A DNA stretch of 63,532 bases, counting the filler, from Conidiobolus incongruus B7586 (Eukaryota): assembly GCA_000697335.1 (NCBI GenBank). It is 9 parts of 9 records of this genome, joined end to end, with 100 filler letters (N's around TTAATTAATTAA, not from the genome) between each part and the next. Parts side by side here need not be neighbours in the genome. Positions count along the whole stretch, not along the records: positions 52,730 to 59,810 come from JNEM01006499.1; positions 59,911 to 61,319 come from JNEM01006508.1; positions 61,420 to 63,532 come from JNEM01006511.1; 6 more parts are not named here. One strand, written 5' to 3'. The notes under the pieces were generated by a model. That model was not told where the DNA came from, ran no database searches, and saw only the letters and a list, made by a program, of their open reading frames with translations. This document shows positions 52,936 to 63,532 of the stretch, one piece after another. Every line of letters starts with the position of its first letter. The first letter of the stretch is position 1. The translations under genes and the position numbers were made by a program.

Positions 52936-55900
52936 ATAATTAAATATATTATTTTATAGGTTTAAATTAAAATAAAAATCTTTTTAATAATTGCATATTA
53001 TTGACCTATATATAAAATTATATAACATTTATTATAATATTAACCAAATAAATAAATTGTAATATAACTCAAAAATTTAATTAATAAAATAAAAAAAATA
53101 TTTGTTTTCAAATATTACTTATTTTTAAAAATATGATAAAATTTAAAATTCTTAATCAATTAAAAAATAATCCCTACTTTTTGAAATCATTGCATATTAA
53201 ATATTTTAAACTTTTGATTAAACTATTTTTTAATTCTATTAAAACAAATATTATATACATGTTTATACTCGTAGATTTTGATTGGATATGGTAATGATTA
53301 TTAATATAAATATTTGATTAGTTGTTAATTAGTTATAGTTAAATAGGTTATATTAATAGTTTGATTTATTATTAATTGATTACTATATATTTCATTAGCA
53401 ATAATATTTAATTTTGAAATTTATGAATAAAAAAATTTAATAGCTATGTTTTTTAAGCCATTAATTTAAATTTTCTTGATAATTTTAAAGATTAATTAAA
53501 TAATAAAAAATGAATAAATTGTTTGGTGTAATGTATTAAATATGATATAACAGATATCAATGAATTGATTTTTATCATTACTAAATTATAAAATTTTTGA
53601 TTGCACATTTGCCTAATTTGATTGATAGATAAATAAATATTCAAATAAATTAAGGGATAATCGGAGTTTCAAAATTGCGTTAAGTTTTATATTGATATTT
53701 TAATCATACAAATAATAGGAATCTGTTGAAGATTTTCATAGAAATTGAAAAATAATTTCAGGTAATTATAGGTTATTGATCTTAATGATCAATTTGATTG
53801 AATACAACTATAGACATTTTATTAGGATTTTATATAAGTTTGTATAATAATTTGATATAATAATTTTCAAAAAAGTTAATCTAATTAAAAATATAAAAAC
53901 ACAGTACTTCACATGAAGTCACATAAGAAAAAGCAACTAAAATCCCAGTAGTATCATCAAAATTTGAAATGGGCTAATCATTATGAAGCTAATTCCTAGC
54001 CAACTGAAAAATTTTCCACTAGCTAAATTTGCAGTGAGCAGTAATATCCTGTTAAATTAAAATATTTACATGCTATTTCACAGATGTTGAAAATTAAGTT
54101 TAAGATTAAGGTTTTGCTTCGAAGTCAATATGATATGATAGTAAGCCAGATTTGAAAGTTTATTTAAATAAGGTTTTTTGTTATATAAATATTGACACCT
54201 GATAAAATAATAATTGATTAATAATTAAAAACTAATATTGAAAGAGAGGTATTCGGTTAAAACATTATATTAATATTTCTCTTAATGATTCATAATATTA
54301 GTTAAATAATATGATAAATCTTAACAATAATCAACCCAAGATTTTCGAATTTTATTAAATTATAAAGGGCATAACTTTCATCATCACAACTATCAAATTA
54401 ATTTAACAACATTTATCGAAAAAATATGATATCGTAGTTTACTAAGAATAGTTAGTTATAAAATTAAATGTTTCATGAATATTTCCAAAAATATATTAAA
54501 TCTATTTGATATTTTATATTTATGATCAAAAATTATACTAAATATTTAAATTTTTCTTCTTTTAAAATTGGATAAGGTTGTATATAGTTAATTATAAATT
54601 TAAGCATTTAATAAATAATTGGGATTATGCTATAGTTATTATTTCAGAGTTGTTAAAAATTTGTAATTCATAGCTATTTCTAATAGTTACACTTGAGATT
54701 ATTATTTAATTGTCAATATTTAAGAATCTTTTAATTTATCAATAATTCAATGATTTAATTATAAAAAATAAAATTCACAATGAAATATTCAAAAAAACAT
54801 TTTAAAATTTAATTCCACATTGATAACTTCCCAATCAAGAAAAACCTTGAAATTACTTATAAAAACCAGTTAGGTTAAAATTGTATGAGTAAAAAGTTTT
54901 TCAACCTAAGTATCGTAGCTTTTTTCGAAGATTGATTAGTCGGCACTTGATACAAGACTACTGATTTAGTACACAGTATTTGATCCGAGCTAGACTTGAT
55001 TGATGATATTTACGTAATTTAAATCAATTCATCACCTTTTAAAATTAGGATATTTTTATATAGAGCTTCTTCCGATGCCATGATCCAATGAAATGTACTC
55101 ATTATTCATTCATTTCAGGTCGTAAGATTTAATTTAAATTTCTTTGTGAAATTAAGATTTCATATTAATTTTAATGCGAATAAAGTGATTAGTATTATTT
55201 AACAGAATTTCACTTATTTTGGATTGATCAATATATGTAAATATTACTAATTTAATAATGAGAGTGATAATAGAGCGAAATCGATATGACATGTAATAGT
55301 GTATTGAAAACTTACTATATATGCAATATATTTTGATAATTCAATCAAGAAGACCTCCTTCTCCCTCCTGATTTAATACTCCACTTTCAATTCTCCCTCC
55401 TTCTTTCCCCTCAAATTTCCTTATCAATTTAAAATGTTACAAATTATTACTAAAATATAATTGTCAAATTTTATAATGTTCATTTATTTTTATAAAATTT
55501 TAATATATATATTTATTAATTTTCAAATCTTAATCAAATATAATTTATTAGTTGTAAGAATAGCTTGGTATTGTTTGGGATTTACAATGATATAAATTTA
55601 ACGTCTATTAATATTAAAGTTAACTTAAACAATACATCATAGTGAATATGAATCAAATTAATCAACTAAGATGACTTGAAAAAAGTCGAATCTTTCCAAA
55701 ATTAACTAATTTAATCACTTTTATTACCCAAATTAACCAATTCCCATTAACTACTTTACCTAAATCCTATTGAACCCTTATTTACCCCAATTCACTTCAA
55801 TATAAAATCAAATAGTCTTAAGATGATAATTGTTGATAGGAAATTTTTTTTATATTGAAATTAGTATAAATAGCTGTGATTATCCCATTCAATTCACTTT

Positions 55901-56124
55901 TTATCCTTTGATAAAATTCTCAGTTTGATTCATTTTAATCATCTGTATTTGTGACGTTGTACCACATTATTCAAAATTCCACGTTTATCTATACCAAGTT
56001 TCACCTTTAATTTATCTAGAATTTAAGGTTACAGTTTATTAACGCCTTTAATCATTATTCAAATCCTATATATAAACTACATTAATTATAATTTACCTGT
56101 AATTTGTTTTTTGCTGGTCATAAA

Positions 56125-57465
56125 ATGGATACCACTCAAACCTATCAGCTACGGAAATCAATTTATCAAAACAGTCCAGTCTCACCAACATTAACACCTT
56201 ATCACTCGCCTATTCAGTCCCCACACTCCCCCTACTTTAAGGAATCAGGGATTCCTTTAGATATTCAAGTGCCCTCCAGATTCTGTCTGAGTCCTCCACC
56301 CGATTTACTTCCAGAGCTCGATCCAGAATTGAGCTCTAAATCTTCCAAATGGAAAAAGAGATTGAGTATGCCCTTTCAGCTGAATCAAAAACCACCAGCA
56401 AAGCCCGAGTCGGGCAAAATGCCGACGTTTGCATTTTTAAAAACTATGATCACCACCAAACTGTCTCAAAACTACACTTTGACCGAAACTGAGTTGGGAA
56501 GAGGTGTCAGTGGCACTGTATTCCTTATCAAGCGCAACAGGGATGATCAGTTGCTAGCTGCAAAGGTAACGACGAGATCACATGCAAATGGGAAAAAGTA
56601 TTCAATTCAAAAGCAGTTGAACAAGATGGCGAATGAGATATTATTATTATCTAGACTTCATCATGAGAATATTATTAAAACTACAGACTTGGTCACACAT
56701 CAGGGTAGCTTGGCAATTATTATGGAATATTGCCCAACTAACTTATTTACACTTGTCAAGCACCAGACCTTGACTCCAGCAGTACTTCACAATTACTTTT
56801 GCCAAATTGCAGCGGGCGTAGCCTATTTGCACAATGAGGTAGGAATTGCTCATCGCGATCTCAAATTGGAGAATATTTGTGTTGGTATGGACGGGCTTAT
56901 TAAAATCGTAGATTTTGGTTCAGCTGTCCATTTCGCGACCACATTCCCAAGCGGTGGGTGGAAAGATCGTCTGAGACCAATGACGATGACAACAAACCCC
57001 AGATACTCTACATCATCGAGATCTTCCAATTTTGTTAGAAATAGCTCATCCTCCACTACTACTTCTATGTCTAGTCAAGAATCTGGCAGCAGTGCCAGCA
57101 ATTACTCAAACACCAAGTTCCATTTGGGCAAATTAAGTATTCACGGATTATGTGGAAGTGATCCCTATATTGCGCCTGAAATTTGGACTAGCTTATCTCC
57201 ACACTCTAATCGCGTCGGTTACGACCCACGACAAGCAGATCTATGGAGTATGGGGGTGATCCTCACAGCGATGCACTCTGGAAGATTCCCATGGGCGTGT
57301 GCTAAGTCGAATGATCCCGATTTTTCCAAGTATCGCACCAATCCCACACGCTACCTTCAGCAGTTCGGTATCCCTCATCATCACTTCATTCTTGCAGTTC
57401 AAATGCTCACCCTGAACGAGGATTTAAGACCTACCATCGACGATATTATGTCCTTCCTCTCCTAG
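56125..57465 (+). CDS. Ser/Thr protein kinase, HAL/NPR1 (HRK1/PTK2-like) family
   Basis: LGRGVSG, AAK, HRDLKLEN, DFG, CGSDPYIAPE, ADLWSMGV, GRFPWxxAK; first ATG at 56125; intronless. Confidence 0.88.
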   Translation: MDTTQTYQLRKSIYQNSPVSPTLTPYHSPIQSPHSPYFKESGIPLDIQVPSRFCLSPPPDLLPELDPELSSKSSKWKKRLSMPFQLNQKPPAKPESGKMPTFAFLKTMITTKLSQNYTLTETELGRGVSGTVFLIKRNRDDQLLAAKVTTRSHANGKKYSIQKQLNKMANEILLLSRLHHENIIKTTDLVTHQGSLAIIMEYCPTNLFTLVKHQTLTPAVLHNYFCQIAAGVAYLHNEVGIAHRDLKLENICVGMDGLIKIVDFGSAVHFATTFPSGGWKDRLRPMTMTTNPRYSTSSRSSNFVRNSSSSTTTSMSSQESGSSASNYSNTKFHLGKLSIHGLCGSDPYIAPEIWTSLSPHSNRVGYDPRQADLWSMGVILTAMHSGRFPWACAKSNDPDFSKYRTNPTRYLQQFGIPHHHFILAVQMLTLNEDLRPTIDDIMSFLS

Positions 57466-57816
57466 ATTTTTAATTAATTCCATCCTAGATATTGTAAATT
57501 TTGTATAGATCACATTTTACTATTAATGTTTCAGCAGTTCTCCTTCCTTTATACCTTAATTTCAGACCTTTTGGAACTTTTAACAAAATATTTTTTTTGT
57601 TATTCATATAACTTCTCACTCAAATTTGACAAATTGTCAATATCACCTTCCCTGCCTTCCTTACTCCCAAAAAAGCTTCAATAATTAATATTTTATTATT
57701 TTAAAATTGTAAAATTTGTCAATGAGTTTAGAGAATTTCATCATTATATATTTTTCTATTAATTATAATCATTTCATAACTTACCATCCCCCTCACATTG
57801 TAAATATTGAAATAAA

Positions 57817-57817
<1 letters not shown>

Positions 57818-57855
<38 letters not shown>
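57818..57855. repeat. (TTA)n microsatellite
   Basis: About 12 tandem TTA units. Confidence 0.9.
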
Positions 57856-59026
57856 GATTTCCATCAAAAAAAGTACTAAATAAATTATTTGATGATTATA
57901 AATTAATTTAATAATATAAGTTTATTATATTCATCAGAGTATTAAATTATTTTTTGATTTTTTTTTTCATAATAAAAAAATATTTTAGTATTAAAGATAA
58001 AAGTTAATAAATCTTAATAAATTTATTAGTTATCATTAGTTAAACATACTTTATTACAAGGGGTTCAATGTGGGGTAGATTGCTTCAAAACATTGAAATT
58101 TGGTATAGTCTATAATTAGGAGGTAATGTTATTTCATATATGACTTTCTCTCTCTATTTATATATATATATATATATATAAAATATACTTTGATTTCGGA
58201 CTTTGTAATTTCATTATTATAATAATTTAATTTTAAGGAGGTTTTTTATGATTTTTTTAAAAGTTAATCTTTTAAAAAAAGGAAATTTTCAAAGTTAATT
58301 TTTTTATACGCTTAATTACAAAAATATAATTATATTTGAATTTTAATCAAATTTAATATTCTAATTAATTATCTTTGTTAAAAAGTTTTAAGATAAAATT
58401 AATTAATTGAACAAGTATATATTTTTTATACTGTTTTGGTATTAATAATATAGAAGTTAATTATTAATAATATTCAATCATCTGTTTTCTTTCAATTTCG
58501 ATGAATATAAAAACTTTTATAATATATTGTTCATTATTAATAATTTGCCAACTTATATTAGTTTGCCTCAGTCATTAAACTTATCGTCTTAGAAAAGTTG
58601 CCACATATTAACAGTCAATATATTAAGTATAAATATAAAATATAACTATTAAGATTATAATACTTCATTATATGAATTTTCTTATCAATTTACTAATAAT
58701 ATTATCTTTAGTGGATATTAAAATATATAAAGTAAGGAAAATAAATTTTTACTAAGATAGAATTTATAAGAATTGATTAAGATAACATTTATTATTATTA
58801 TCAAATTAATCAATTTTTTATAATTTTTTAAAGATTTTGATATTAAAAAAGTGATTAAAATTTTCAATATAAGTATAAAATAACATATTGAATATAATAA
58901 TAATAAAAATAATATTTATAATTAAAATTATATATTTAAGATAAATTGATATTAAAAAAGATAATTATAAGTAATAATATCTAAATAAATTTTAAAACTA
59001 CTTTAAATTAATATTATAATTTAATA

Positions 59027-59287
59027 TTACTCTGTATTTTTCATAATAGGAATCTTTGATAATTAAAAATAAATAATATAAATTTAATAGTTTCTTTTAT
59101 TATTAATAACTTTTTACTATATTTTTAGCAAACTTCTAATATTTAAAAAACAGTTTTTTTATTAAAGATTAAAATTTGATGTTTTATAAATTAATTAAAT
59201 TTTTTTATAGAAATTTTCTTTCTTATAAGCTAGTTTTTTAATTACTTAAAACAATTATAATTATATAAGCTATAATCTAAGGAATAT
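59027..59287 (-). mobile_element. Mariner 3' end, interrupted by LTR retrotransposon insertion
   Basis: Right TIR at 59027; colinear with other copies until the YSPD relic (..CTAAGGAATAT), where TGTAAG begins. Confidence 0.85.
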
Positions 59288-59810
59288 TGTAAGTGTTGTG
59301 GTAGTTAAACTAATATAGTGCAGAGGAAGACTTAATATAAAAGTAGTGTGGTGCAGAATGTGGTAATATAATGTGGCTGTAGTGTGCAAGTGTAAACAAA
59401 GTTTAATTAAGCTTCAAACTAGGATGAGTCACCAATATATTAAGATTTATATTAGGTAGTGCCAATATCCTACAATATTGACAGAATATAGTCTCAATCT
59501 TAGAAATAGTGTGAAAGTAAAAAATAGTAAGAATTGAGAGGAAAAAGAAGAACCTAGTTTATTAGATAATTTAATACTATTTATACAATTAATTTAACTA
59601 TATAAGTATAAATTAATCATATAATTTATAGTTAATTGGATTATATGAAAGTGTATATAAGAATTTAGAGAACTAGTCTCTTAACACTCCCCTAGTGGGT
59701 TTCTTAGAGGAGACACACTCCCTAATTTTTTGCAAATAGGTATAATAGGCTGAGGTATTCTTAATATTTTCTAGAGGTTCCTATGTAGCTTCTTCAATAG
59801 GATAACCCCT
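59288..59810 (-). mobile_element. LTR retrotransposon 3' LTR (59288..59686) with polypurine tract and internal stub
   Basis: TG..CA termini (TGTTAAGAG..CTTACA on minus), preceded by purine tract AGGGGAG; begins exactly where mariner homology stops. Confidence 0.75.
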
Positions 59811-60047
59811 NNNNNNNNNNNNNNNNNNNNNNNNNNNNNNNNNNNNNNNNNNNNTTAATTAATTAANNNNNNNNNNNNNNNNNNNNNNNNNNNNNNNNNN
59901 NNNNNNNNNNAAGTAAGTTATAAAATCAAAAACACTTATATTTTTACTAATAACTTGATTAATATTTAATAAAATAAATCTAAATTAAATAATTAAAATC
60001 TATTATATTTATTAATTATATATATTATTAAATGATGATATTTAGTT

Positions 60048-61317
60048 ATTAATTAACTAAAATATAAACCTTTAAATTTTACCTAGGGTGAGTTATAAAT
60101 TTGTGGGTTTTTGATGATAAAAAAAATTAAAACCTAATATATCTACCTTTAGCTTTTCTAATTTCTTTAAGTTTGTAGGGTATAGAATCAACTAACTTCT
60201 TACACTAAAAAGGGTTAATTTTGTTCTATACTTCTTAAATATATTTTTAAAGTTGATTTAAATCTTTAACTAAGGGGAAAACTTTAATAGCTTTTTTTAA
60301 TTAATCCCAAAAATATTTAATTAGATTAAAATTAAAAGATTAAAGAAACTACTTTATAACTGTTAACTTGTTATTTTTAAGCTATTTGGTAATAGAAGCT
60401 ATAATATAGCAAGAGGTATTATCTTGCTAGAAAATAATATCAGATTTATTTAACCTATATTATTCAATGGTTTTTTTTAATTTATTGTTTAGAATATTTT
60501 AATACATCTCAACATTAATTCCCCTATTAACTTTACAAAGATACCTTATACCTAAAGACAATATATATCCCCAAACAATAATTAACTTATTATTGTACTT
60601 TTGGGTAAAATTAACATAATAGTTATAAAGTAGTTCTATATTTTTTTTTGAAGCATTTAGCTTTTTTATCAAATTTACTAAGGTATATTTTTGTTTCATC
60701 AAACTAAATAACCTTACTCTATTTAGTTTTAATTCAACATTAGTGGTGACATTTAAACTTTTACCTAGCTTTACAATAAGATTTCTTTAGTTGGGGGTGT
60801 TTTTTCTTAAAGTGTAAGTGGTATCTATGCTAATGTAAAGTATATATAATAGTATTAGTGCTAACTAATATTCTTATATAGTCTTATAGTTCCTGCTATA
60901 TTTCTACAATAGTATTATACTTGCCTATATTAATTAACCTATAGATATACTTCTCATCATATTTATTTATAATCCTAGCATACTTAAATTTAAGTTTAAA
61001 TATTTTTTTATTGTTATTCTTAACAGTTTTAACTATAATAAACTAGTTAACATTAGTAATTCTAACAATATCATAAGTTAATTTACCTTTTTTATAAAGT
61101 TAATTAATATACAAGTAAATTTTTTTAGAGAGGGATTTAAGTATAATAATACTTATAAAAAAATTTAATATATCTGTAAAATATAATATAAAATAATAGC
61201 AAAGAGAGAAAAAGGATATAGTTATATATTGTTAAATATATCCCTTTATTTCAAAAACCCACAAATTTATAACTTATCTTAGTTAAATATTAAAGGTTAA
61301 TATTTTTGCTAATAGTT
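60048..61317 (-). mobile_element. Full-length hypermutated Tc1-like (DD34E) DNA transposon
   Basis: ~60-bp inverted repeats (..AGTTATAAATTTGTGGGTTTTTGA at ~60091-60113 and its reverse complement at ~61250-61275); relic frame KVI*FDETK, IIVWGYI, IF*QDNTSCY (D at 60421-60423), *FL*SFNFNLIKYFW (E>K at 60316-60318, 34 residues after D), LVDSIPYKLKEIRKAKGRYIRF*. Confidence 0.92.
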
Positions 61318-62341
61318 TANNNNNNNNNNNNNNNNNNNNNNNNNNNNNNNNNNNNNNNNNNNNTTAATTAATTAANNNNNNNNNNNNNNNNNNNNNNNNN
61401 NNNNNNNNNNNNNNNNNNNTATCTTTTTATTATTTAAAAATATAATGATAAGTTAATTATAATTTAAAGATATATATTATCTTTTAATATAAAATATTTT
61501 TTTAAAATTAATAAAGGAATTAATATTAAGATATATTAAAATATTTTAAATAAAGAATTAAAATAATTATTGAATAATATAATTTAAATAAATTAGATAT
61601 GATTTTTTAATAAGAAAATAATCTTTGTTATATTATTATTTTTAATACTATATAGTTTAAAAATTATAAACATTAGTTATAAAATAATTCCTTTAATTTT
61701 TTAACTTTAATTTAATTAAATTAATTTAAGATTAATTAAAAAAATTAGTTAAAACTTTCCTATCAGAATAAATTTAAATAAGCTTTAAAAATATATTTAA
61801 GTAACTTAAAACAAAATTAATTTTGCTTAATATATAAAGTTAATTGACATTATACCTTATAAACTTAAAAAAATTAAAAAAAACAAAAAATAAATATATT
61901 AAGTTTTAATTTTTTTTTATAACTAAAATATAAAAATTTATAACTTATTTTAATTAAATTTGAATTTTTATTTATTAACTAAAAGTTAATATAAATTAAT
62001 CAAATATATATAATTATAAATAGATATTATAAGTTTATTGTATATTATAGTTTAAATTGATTTAATTAAGAATTAATAGAAATATTAGTAAAAAAATATA
62101 TATATTCATAATTTTATGACTTATTTTTATAGGTTAATATATATTAATATTAAAATCTAAATTAATTAATAATATTATTATTTAAATAGCTTATAATACA
62201 ATAAAAGCTAATAAAAACTAAAATAGCTATAATTGAATAAATTTTAATAAAATATAATTAAAATAAAAGATTTTCAAATATTCTATAATAATTAATCAAT
62301 TATATATTTTAAAAAAGAAATAATAATTGAAAAATAAAATA

Positions 62342-63532
62342 TTACTTTGTAATTTAAATAATGGGAATTTTTTGTGATTGAAAAAAAAACATTTGAATAT
62401 ATAAAAAGTAAAAATAAATATATATTATAAAATTAATAGTTTCTTCTATTTTTAATAACTTCTTGCTATATTTTTAGCAAAAATCTAACACTTGAAAAAT
62501 AGTTTTTTTTATTAAAGATTGAAATTTAATATTTTACAAACTAATTAAATTTTCTTGCAAAAATTTTTTTCTTATAAGTTAGTTTTTTAATTGCTTAAAA
62601 TAATTATAATTACATAGATTATAATGTAAAGAATATATTAGATATGGTAGTTTTTTCCAGTTATTTTTAATTAAAAAGTTTTTTATAACTTTAAATTTAT
62701 AAATTTTATAATTATAATATAAAATAATAGGTTTTTTAAATTATATTGAGAATACTAACTAAAAATAGTTTTATTTAAAAAAGAAATATAAAGTTTACTA
62801 TTAATTAATTTTTTTTTAAAAACTAAATATGAATAGCATATGCTATTATAATTTATTATAATAATTAACATTTATTTATCAACAAAGTATTTATTTAAAA
62901 GAATTTATAAAGGGGGTTGATTTAACTTAATCTAATACTTTAATTTATGTTTTAGTAAAGGATTATACAAAAGAATTTAAGATTCATTAATTGTAATAAT
63001 TTATTATAAAAATTTTAGTTTCTAGTTATACCTTAGTAAGTTTTATTTAACAATAGCTATTTTAGTTTTTTTTAAGCTTTAGTTAAATTATAAGATATTT
63101 ATTTTATATCTTTATTAATTAATTTTAATTTAAATTTTAATATATACAAAATATTTATGTAACTAATATTAAAGTATCTTGATAATTCTTTAACTAAAAT
63201 AAATAGGTACTTTTCATATTATTTTTTTACTTTATTAATAATTAAAAGAGTAATAGTTGAAATTAATTTTTTAGAATTTAGTAGGTTTTGGGTAGTTTTT
63301 CTCTTAATCTTAAAATAATTTACCTAGTAATAAATTGTTAATTTAAATAATACTTCATTATTGAAAGTTGCTTATAAATTTTAAATGATTTTAAAAGATT
63401 TATGGTTAGGTTTTACTAATACTAAAATAAAAAACTTTTGATGTTTATTATTTAGTTTAAGCATAATTAGATTAAAAAATTAATTTTAAAAAATTATTTT
63501 TTTAATTAAAAAAGTTATTATATATATATATA
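62342..63532 (-). mobile_element. Near full-length hypermutated mariner, running off the window end
   Basis: Right TIR at 62342 (TTACTTTGTAATTTAAATAATGGGAATTTTT); colinear with 33..1200. Confidence 0.9.

Noticed and set aside
60499..60702. 67-aa ORF as an independent gene
   Set aside because: It is a stop-free stretch of the Tc1 transposase relic (IIVWGYI).

Overview
AT-rich eukaryotic (fungal) genomic DNA with short (~50-60 nt) GT-AG introns. Gene content, intron size and base composition suggest an early-diverging fungus, most likely Conidiobolus-like (Entomophthoromycotina); this is inference, not a database match. The window is nine contigs joined by eight identical 100-nt artificial spacers (N44-TTAATTAATTAA-N44), so synteny across the gaps is not guaranteed. 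Intact genes: PCK1, a PIG-X/PBN1-like gene, a white collar-2-like PAS+GATA factor, an RSC9-like ARID protein, GPI14, two tandem class-3 lipases, SWD1, PHO88, a TLC-domain membrane protein, an AA11-like LPMO, CSN3, NOP16 and a HAL/NPR-family kinase. Decayed genes: a siderophore-type NRPS pseudogene and an EXPERA-family pseudogene. The main hidden signal is that much of the apparently featureless AT-rich DNA consists of transposons saturated with C>T/G>A transitions while their reading frames stay largely intact: at least ten copies or fragments of a DD34D mariner and one DD34E Tc1 element, plus a CpG-free LTR. Short solo-LTR-like elements and diverged host paralogues are spared. This pattern is what a RIP-like, repeat-directed mutagenesis system would leave, here apparently outside the Dikarya.
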